Shown here: in pieces, positions 57,390 to 64,000 of the stretch
Numbering within the stretch: the stretch's first letter is position 1
How the letters are laid out: every line of letters begins with the position of its first letter
Translations under genes and position numbers: made by a program
Notes under the pieces: model-generated
What the model was told of the DNA's origin: nothing
Seen by the model: the letters and a program-made list of their open reading frames with translations, nothing else
Database searches by the model: none
Source: a virus
DNA: 64,000 nt
Strand: one strand, 5' to 3'
IMG/VR virus record: IMGVR_UViG_3300036829_000104
Coordinates: 1 to 64,000 of that record

Positions 57390-59438
57390 GTGGGCCTGCC
57401 CGAGCGGGTTAACGCCCGCGCGTCCCGAGCCCTGTCGCGGCGAACGGGCGGCGCCCTGTCGTGGGACGAGTACCAGTCGTATTTCGACTTCGGCGGCCCC
57501 GGTGCGCCGCTCCTGCAGACGACGATGGGGTCGCTGGACCGGGAGAAAGTCGCCGCCTCCGCGGTCGCCGCCTACAAGGCGTCGGGGCCGGTGTTCGCGC
57601 TGGTGATGGCCCGGATGCAGGTGTTCTCCCAGGTGCGGTTCCAGTGGACCCGGTTCTCCGGCAGCCTGCCCGGTGACCTGTTCGGCACGCCAGAGCTCGG
57701 GGTGCTGGAGAAGCCGTGGCCGAACGGGACGACCGCGGACCTGCTGGCCCGCATGGAGATGCACAACTCCCTCGCCGGGAACGCGTACGTGCGGCGCACC
57801 CGAGTCGACCAGCTGAACGTGCTGCGGCCGGACCTGGTGACGATCATCCTCGGCTCGCAGGAGAACGAGGCGGACCCGGCGCTGGCCGCCGACACCGAGG
57901 TCGCCGGCTACTTCTACACGCCGGCCGGGGGCAGGCCGCAGATCTTCCTGCCTGACGAGATCGCGCACTTCGCGCCGGTCCCGGACCCGTGGTTCCACTT
58001 CCTCGGCCAGTCGTGGATCACGCCGGTGCTGCGGGAACTACAGGGCGACATGGCCGCCACCGAGCACAAGTGGGCGTTCTTCCAGAACTCCGCAACACCT
58101 AACCTCGCGGTCAAGTTCGACCCCGCGCTGACGATCGACAAGGTGCGGGCCTTCAAGGAACTGATGGAGGAGGAGCACCGGGGAGTCCGCAACGCGTTCC
58201 GCACGCTCTACCTCGGCGGCGGCGCGGACCCGACGACGGTCGGGTCCAGTTTCAAGGACATGGATTACGCGGTGATCCAGGGCCGCGCCGAGTCCCGGCT
58301 CGCCTCCGCAGCGGGCGTGCCGCCGTCCTGGGTCGGGTTCGCTGAGGGCCTCCAGGGCTCCAGCCTCAACGCCGGGAACTTCGACTCGGCTCGCAGGCGG
58401 TTCGCTGACGGAACACTTGTTCACCTTTGGACCAACGCGGCCGCGTCGCTGGGGTCGATCCTCACGCCCCCGGACCAGTTCTCGCAGCTGTGGTATGACT
58501 CGCGTGTCCCGTTCATGCGGGAAGACGCCGGGGACCTCGCGAAGATCCAGGCGCAGCAGGCGCAGACGATCGCGGCGCTGGTGCGGGAAGGGTTCACCCC
58601 GGAGTCGGTAAAGCTGGCGGTCGCGAACAACGACATGAACCTGCTCGAGCACACCGGGATGCTGAGCGTGCAGCTGTGGGAGCCGGGCGCGGAGAGTTCC
58701 GCTCACCCGGAGCCGGGCGCGGAGTCGCCGTCAGTACCGGCGGGCGTTCCCGCAGGACCGCCGGCGCCTGCCGGGCAGCCCGCCGTGGTGAACGGCGCGG
58801 CGAACGGCGCGACTCCGGCGCTGCATGCGGGCGGCGCGGCGAACGGCAAGCCGGTCTCATCCGCGAACGGGAAGGCCGTCCCGGCGCGTAGCATCCGCGC
58901 GATGAACGGCTACCCGGACGGAGAGCAGTCCCCGCAACCGGGCATGATCTCGCTCGACCTGCCCGACGGGACGATCGACCCGCTGCCCGGCGGCGTCACC
59001 GACCATCACGTGACCGTCGTCTACCTCGGCCCCGACGTCGACGACACGGCGTTCACGCAGGCATGCGCACGCGCGCTCCAGGCCGCCACCGACGCGCCCG
59101 GGCCGCTCGCCGGGACGGTCGACGGGCTCGGCACGTTCCCGCCGTCGGATGCCAGCGACGGGAAGACGCCCGTGTACGCGGACGCGGACCTGCCGGGCGC
59201 GCAGGCGCTCCGCGACGCCCTCGCCGACCTGTCGCAAAGCGAGTTCACCGACTGGGTGCCGCACGTCACCTTGTGCTATGCGGGACCGGATGACGAGCTT
59301 CCGCCGCCGGTGCCCTCAACCCCGGTCACGGTCTCGCACCTGTCGGTCCACCGCGGTGATGACGTGATGCGGTTCCCGCTCGGCGGCGCCGCCGCGGCGT
59401 CCGGCGCGAACGGCAAGGTCCCGGCACACGCCGGCTGA
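57390..59438 (+). CDS. HK97-type portal fused to a C-terminal 2H phosphoesterase (Acb1-like)
   Basis: KPWPN, LAGNAYV, FFQNSATP, AGVPP; C-terminal HHVTVVYLG and PHVTLCY HxT motifs. Confidence 0.88.
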   Translation: MGLPERVNARASRALSRRTGGALSWDEYQSYFDFGGPGAPLLQTTMGSLDREKVAASAVAAYKASGPVFALVMARMQVFSQVRFQWTRFSGSLPGDLFGTPELGVLEKPWPNGTTADLLARMEMHNSLAGNAYVRRTRVDQLNVLRPDLVTIILGSQENEADPALAADTEVAGYFYTPAGGRPQIFLPDEIAHFAPVPDPWFHFLGQSWITPVLRELQGDMAATEHKWAFFQNSATPNLAVKFDPALTIDKVRAFKELMEEEHRGVRNAFRTLYLGGGADPTTVGSSFKDMDYAVIQGRAESRLASAAGVPPSWVGFAEGLQGSSLNAGNFDSARRRFADGTLVHLWTNAAASLGSILTPPDQFSQLWYDSRVPFMREDAGDLAKIQAQQAQTIAALVREGFTPESVKLAVANNDMNLLEHTGMLSVQLWEPGAESSAHPEPGAESPSVPAGVPAGPPAPAGQPAVVNGAANGATPALHAGGAANGKPVSSANGKAVPARSIRAMNGYPDGEQSPQPGMISLDLPDGTIDPLPGGVTDHHVTVVYLGPDVDDTAFTQACARALQAATDAPGPLAGTVDGLGTFPPSDASDGKTPVYADADLPGAQALRDALADLSQSEFTDWVPHVTLCYAGPDDELPPPVPSTPVTVSHLSVHRGDDVMRFPLGGAAAASGANGKVPAHAG

Positions 59439-59527
59439 CCCCATCACATCCCTTTCAGCGGGCCTCCCCGTGCGGGCCCGTTTCTGACGCTGCCCAGCCA
59501 TCGACAAAGGAGAGGCGGCCGCTGTTC

Positions 59528-62500
59528 ATGACGGAAACCGATCGCAGGGTGCGCCGCGCGCTGGACGGCGAGGGCGACGGGCTGCGTTCCCGCGTCCTGC
59601 CGCTGGACGACATCGAGATCCTGTCCCGCTCCAAGGGCGGCGACCCGGACGGGCGCACCGTTGTCGCCTACGCCGCAGCGTTCGGCAAGCCCACCGAGAT
59701 CTGGGACCAGGACGGCCACTACACCGAGGAGAACCATCCGCACTCGTTCAACAAGACGGTCGCCGACCGCGGTGTGCGGTTCGGGGCGTTCTACCACCAC
59801 GGCCGCACCCTGCAAGGTACCCCGTCGGAGCGCGGGTCGGTGCCGATCGGCCGGCCGGCCCTCGTCCAGCCGGACGGCAAGGGCCTGCTGACCCACACCG
59901 TCTACAACCGGACCCAGCTTGCCGACGACGTGCTGGACAGCATCCGCAACGGCGACCCGATGGGCATGTCGTACACCGGCGCCTACCTGCAGTCCGACCC
60001 GGGGAACGGCCCCTTCCGGGCACGCAGCGACGGCTCCTTGCCGCACGTGGTGCGCAAGGAAATCGCCTTGATCGAGTTTGGGCCCACCCCCACGCCGGCC
60101 TACGAGGACGCGGAGATCCTCGGCGTGCGTGCCGCGCAGCTGCGTGAGGCGGCCCGTGCCGCCCGGGCGTCCGGGGCGGAGCCGTACCAGCGTCACGCCG
60201 GCGAAGACGTGCAGTGCCCTGACTGCGGCTGCTTCAACGAGGCGGACGCCAACTACTGCGACCAGTGCGGCATCCAGCTGCCTGATTCAGCGTTCCCGGA
60301 CGGGCGGCAGCCCTACCAGCGGGATCCGGGCGAAGACGTGCAGTGCCCCGCCTGCGAGCGGTACGACATGCCGGACGCGATCTTCTGCGACCAGTGCGGG
60401 GCGCAACTCCCCGCCTCGGCGTACGAGGGCAGCCCGGCGCCGCCCGGCGGGACAGACTCGATGACCGCGGCGGACGGCCCGGTGGCGGACACGACCGCGG
60501 GACGCGCGGCGTCGACCGCGCGGCACGAGCCGGTCAACGGCAGCCACTCCCACCCGCACCCGGCATACGGGGCGCAGGGCGGCGACGCCACCCACAGCCA
60601 CGAGCACGCCCACGACGGCGACGCGAACCACCAGCACTCCCACGACCAGCCGGACCCCGGCGACGAGCCGGCGGGCGGAGACATGCCAGGCCGCAGCAGC
60701 GACCCGGCCACGGTCCTGTCCGCGCACTTCGGCTGGACACCGGAACAGGTCGAGGCGCTCGACGAGCAGGAGCGGTCGCTGCTGCTCGCCAGCATCAGCG
60801 CTGCCCACGGTGGCGGCCCGCACGAGCGCGCCGACGTCGATAACAGCACGTGGGACGGCAACGCCGCGATGGCCGCGTGCAAGACCGCCTCTGATTACCG
60901 GGCGATCTGCGCCGGCGAGAAGACCACCGGCACGCCGGACGAGCGGCAGCACTGGGCTCTCCCGCACCACTCGAAGCCCGATGCTCCGCCGAACGCCAAC
61001 GGGGTCCGCAACAGCCTGTCGCGGCTGCCGCAGACCCAGGACCTCGCGAACAAGCAGGCCGCCGAGGCGCATCTGCAGGCCCACATGAGGACGATCAGCC
61101 CCGGCGGAGACTCCGGCGGGGATGACTCGGGCACTTCCGGCAGAAGCGAGACCACCCCGGCCGCCGCAAGCGGCACCGGGGCCGGAACCGCACCGGAAGC
61201 CGCACCCGCAGTAAGGACCGTGAAGCCGCATGAGCACTCCACGGGTGACACCGAAACCGGAAGTGAAAGGAAAGATGCCGTGGAAGGCATGACGATCGAG
61301 CAGCGGGTCGCCCGGCGAGGGGAAATCGACTCGCGGATCCTCGCGATCAGCGAGGAGCACGGCGAGCGGGCGTTCCCGCCCGAGGTGCAGACCGAGTGGG
61401 ACACGCTCAACACCGAGCTGGACGAGCACTCCCGCGCAATCGACGAGCACGAGCGCGCCCTGACCGCGCGCCGGGAGCGAGTCGCGGCGATCGCCGCCCG
61501 GCAGAACCCGGGCACCGGCGGCACCGCGCCGGGGGAGCGGGTCGACGGCACGGCCACCGGCTACAACGCCCCGTCCGGCACGGGTGAGCGCGGCGCTCCG
61601 GCGCTGCTGCCCGGCCGTACCAGCGACGACATTTACGACGTGACCGCGATCCGGTCCCGTGCTTCCAGCCCCGAGCATCTCGCGGGCCTGTACCGGGACA
61701 ACGCGCTGCGCGCGATCGAGCGGGGCACCTTCCCCGGCTCGGACTCCCGGGAGCGCTCGCAGGGCACCGTGGAGCGCCTGCTGCACCGCTGCGACAACGA
61801 GGAAGGCGTCCTCGCCCGCCGCATCCTGGTCACAGGCAACCCGGTTTACATGCGGGCGTACGCGAAGTACGTGGCCCGTCTCGGCGGGGGCGGGCTGAGC
61901 CAGGAGGAGGCGCAGGCGCTCGAGCGCGGCCGGGCGATGGCGGTCGGCACGGGCGCGGACGGCGGTTTCGCGGTCCCCTTCCAGCTCGACCCGACGGTCA
62001 TCCTCACTTCCGACGGGGCGATCAACCCGCTGCGGCAGATCTCCCGCGTGGAGCAGATCGTGGGCAAGGAGTTCGACCTTGTCACCTCCACCGGGGTGAC
62101 GGTGACCCGGTCCAATGAGGCGACGCCGATGCCGGACAACTCGCCGACCCTCGCGCAGCCGACGATCAGGGCGGAGCGGCTGACAGGCTTCATCCCGTTC
62201 TCGATGGAAATCGAGCAGGACTGGTCGGCGCTGCAGTCGCAGATGATGATGCTGCTGGCCGACGCGAAGGACGTCGAGGAAGCAGAGTCGTTCACCAACG
62301 GCAACGGCACCGCGCCGAACGCCGGCGGTATCGTCGCCACCCTGGCCGCGTCCAGCATCATCACGGGCACCGGCACCACCGGGACCCTCGCCGAAGGCGA
62401 CCTGTACGCGCTCGAGGACGACATGGCGCCCCGGTTCCGCTCCCGGGCGGTGTGGATGGCGTCCAAGACGTCGTTCAACGCCTACCGGCAGCTGTTCACG

Positions 62501-62815
62501 CAGACTGCCAGCGCGGCCGGGGACCCGTGGGTGCGTCCCAGCGCCGGCACCCCGCCGGAGCTGCTCGGCTATGGGGCGTACGAGAACTCGGCGATGGCCT
62601 CCACGCACGCCACCGGCGACAAGCCCATCGTCCTGGGTGACTTCAGCCGCGGCTTCCTGATCATCGACCGCTTGGGCATGAGCACTGAAATCGCCCCGAT
62701 GCTGTTCGACCCGACGACGGGCCGGCCGACCGGCCAGCGCGGTCTGGTCATGTTCTGGCGGAACAACTCCCGGGTCATCGTGGACAACGCGTTCCGGATG
62801 ATCACCGTCCCGTAA
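59528..62815 (+). CDS. Prohead protease, cargo domains and HK97 major capsid polyprotein
   Basis: YAAAFG, YHHG, GMSY, PTPAYEDA protease motifs; two zinc ribbons; His-rich tract; GGFAVP, ELLGY, IVLGDFS capsid motifs. Confidence 0.92.
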   Translation: MTETDRRVRRALDGEGDGLRSRVLPLDDIEILSRSKGGDPDGRTVVAYAAAFGKPTEIWDQDGHYTEENHPHSFNKTVADRGVRFGAFYHHGRTLQGTPSERGSVPIGRPALVQPDGKGLLTHTVYNRTQLADDVLDSIRNGDPMGMSYTGAYLQSDPGNGPFRARSDGSLPHVVRKEIALIEFGPTPTPAYEDAEILGVRAAQLREAARAARASGAEPYQRHAGEDVQCPDCGCFNEADANYCDQCGIQLPDSAFPDGRQPYQRDPGEDVQCPACERYDMPDAIFCDQCGAQLPASAYEGSPAPPGGTDSMTAADGPVADTTAGRAASTARHEPVNGSHSHPHPAYGAQGGDATHSHEHAHDGDANHQHSHDQPDPGDEPAGGDMPGRSSDPATVLSAHFGWTPEQVEALDEQERSLLLASISAAHGGGPHERADVDNSTWDGNAAMAACKTASDYRAICAGEKTTGTPDERQHWALPHHSKPDAPPNANGVRNSLSRLPQTQDLANKQAAEAHLQAHMRTISPGGDSGGDDSGTSGRSETTPAAASGTGAGTAPEAAPAVRTVKPHEHSTGDTETGSERKDAVEGMTIEQRVARRGEIDSRILAISEEHGERAFPPEVQTEWDTLNTELDEHSRAIDEHERALTARRERVAAIAARQNPGTGGTAPGERVDGTATGYNAPSGTGERGAPALLPGRTSDDIYDVTAIRSRASSPEHLAGLYRDNALRAIERGTFPGSDSRERSQGTVERLLHRCDNEEGVLARRILVTGNPVYMRAYAKYVARLGGGGLSQEEAQALERGRAMAVGTGADGGFAVPFQLDPTVILTSDGAINPLRQISRVEQIVGKEFDLVTSTGVTVTRSNEATPMPDNSPTLAQPTIRAERLTGFIPFSMEIEQDWSALQSQMMMLLADAKDVEEAESFTNGNGTAPNAGGIVATLAASSIITGTGTTGTLAEGDLYALEDDMAPRFRSRAVWMASKTSFNAYRQLFTQTASAAGDPWVRPSAGTPPELLGYGAYENSAMASTHATGDKPIVLGDFSRGFLIIDRLGMSTEIAPMLFDPTTGRPTGQRGLVMFWRNNSRVIVDNAFRMITVP

Positions 62816-62897
62816 CAACCCGCCATACCGCAGGTCAGCGTCCGCCGTGCCGCACGGCAGACGCTGCCTGGGCGGCAATCCGCGCGAGGAGGCGCAC

Positions 62898-63161
62898 ATG
62901 GCTGATGGTGCCATCCTGGTGGCCACGAAGAACGTCCTGACCGACTTCGATGGGCGGCGGGTCATCCTCCGGCGCGGTGTCACCACCGTCCGGGAGGGTC
63001 ATCCGCTCCTGAAGGGCCGGGAGTCTCTGTTCGAGCCACTGGTACCCGAGTTCGAGCTCGGGAAGTCCGAGGCCAAGGCCCCGGCGCAGCCGCGCCAGTC
63101 GCAGGGCAGGCCCGGCACCCGGCAGTCCCGGCCAGCGGGGCAGGGCAGCGGGAGTGAGTGA
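62898..63161 (+). CDS. Small head-associated protein
   Basis: GGAGG RBS; TVREGHPLL...LFEP; typical position after the capsid gene. Confidence 0.65.
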   Translation: MADGAILVATKNVLTDFDGRRVILRRGVTTVREGHPLLKGRESLFEPLVPEFELGKSEAKAPAQPRQSQGRPGTRQSRPAGQGSGSE

Positions 63162-63333
63162 CGCCGGCGAAGCGGCGGGGGACGACGGCAGCACGCCCGC
63201 CGACCCCGCCGCAGCGCCGGACGCCGGGGACGAGCAGCAGATCCCGCCGGGACTGCTGGTATCCGTGGACTCCAGAGGCGGTTATGCGGTGCCCCGCCAG
63301 CTTGACGGGCACCGGGGGAGGGGAACGCGGTGA
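63154..63333 (+). CDS. 59-aa acidic protein with a capsid N-arm-like motif (not in ORF track)
   Basis: MSDAGEAAGDDGSTPADPAAAPDAGDEQQIPPGLLVSVDSRGGYAVPRQLDGHRGRGTR; overlaps both neighbours. Confidence 0.55.
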   Translation: MSDAGEAAGDDGSTPADPAAAPDAGDEQQIPPGLLVSVDSRGGYAVPRQLDGHRGRGTR

Positions 63334-64000
63334 TCGACCTCGGCGCTCCCGTCCCGCTCGCCTTCCCCGTCCTCGACGACGCCGGCAACCCGGCGAACGC
63401 GGACACGGTGACGCTGACGGTCACGCTCCCGGATGGGACCGCCGACCAGCCCGCCGTCACGAACCCGCCCGCCTTGCCCGGCCAGTACCGCTACTCGTAT
63501 GTGCCCGCGCAGCCGGGGCGGCATGTCGTCCGGTGGGTCGCGGCCAGCCCGGCGGCCGCGTACACGGACATGTTCGACGTCGCCCCCGCGAATGTGCCGT
63601 CGATCGTGTCGCTGGCCGACGCGAAGCAGTTCCTCGGCATCGACCCCGACGACACCAGCGAGAACGACGAGCTGCGGGCGTGGCTCGCGGGCGTCACTTC
63701 GGTCATCGAGCGGGAGAAGAACGAGGTCATCGCCCGCCGCCAGATCACCGACACGGACTGGAACGAGCATCCGCGCAGCGTCCGGCTGTGGCATGTGCCG
63801 GTGATATCCCTCGATTCCCTCGCGTCCGCGGACGGCACGAGGACGTGGGACGTCACTGCCGACGTGCGGGTCAATCCTGAGACCGGGCTGGTGCGGCTGG
63901 TGAACGGGCGGCAGTCGCTGTACGGCGACATCACCGCCGTCTACACGGCCGGATACCAGGTGATCCCGTACCACCTCATGCAGGCGTCGCTGGTGCTGCT
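63330..64000 (+). CDS. Head-tail connector protein (truncated)
   Basis: Ig-like N-terminus, then IVSLADAKQFL...DELRAWLAGVTSVIE (gp6-like). Confidence 0.75.
   Translation, partial: MIDLGAPVPLAFPVLDDAGNPANADTVTLTVTLPDGTADQPAVTNPPALPGQYRYSYVPAQPGRHVVRWVAASPAAAYTDMFDVAPANVPSIVSLADAKQFLGIDPDDTSENDELRAWLAGVTSVIEREKNEVIARRQITDTDWNEHPRSVRLWHVPVISLDSLASADGTRTWDVTADVRVNPETGLVRLVNGRQSLYGDITAVYTAGYQVIPYHLMQASLVL

Noticed and set aside
63158-63880. 240-aa plus-strand ORF in the track
   Set aside because: Wrong frame; 63154-63333 and 63330->64000 give coupled, protein-like products.
1-64000. tRNA, rRNA, CRISPR array, reverse transcriptase/DGR, IS transposase
   Set aside because: None recognised by eye; tRNAscan and Infernal were not run, so small RNAs could be missed.

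Overview
High-GC actinobacterial temperate phage or prophage segment with an HK97-like head module. Left to right it carries: a serine integrase truncated at the window edge and missing from the ORF track; an RHH gene; a dif-like palindrome and a Xer-like tyrosine recombinase; and a ~23 kb leftward early arm (many small mosaic genes, HIT, MazG, DnaB, helicase loader, replication initiator with ori, RusA-like, DUF5131, HNH, ERF) headed by a Cro/repressor switch. Next come a moron zone with two paralogous operator-RHH cassettes, and an AICE/pSAM2-type conjugation module (GntR, two Nudix, WhiB, small membrane proteins, two cell-wall enzymes, TraA-like, TraB/FtsK, candidate clt, DUF2637/Spd-like). 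Just before the packaging genes is a putative anti-restriction island: DUF3560-adenine MTase, ArdC-N/J-domain fusion, ParB-N, DpdA, DpdL, QueD, QueE and FolE, with no QueC, and six copies of a shared promoter/operator motif. The window ends with HNH, a cos-like region, terS, terL, a portal fused to a 2H-phosphoesterase (Acb1-like), a protease-cargo-capsid polyprotein and a truncated head-tail connector. Strongest candidates for new biology: a tailed phage with TraB conjugation machinery; a QueC-less DpdA/DpdL (predicted dDG) system inside a co-regulated island; and protease-releasable cargo domains on head proteins. All family calls come from motif recognition by eye; no searches were run.
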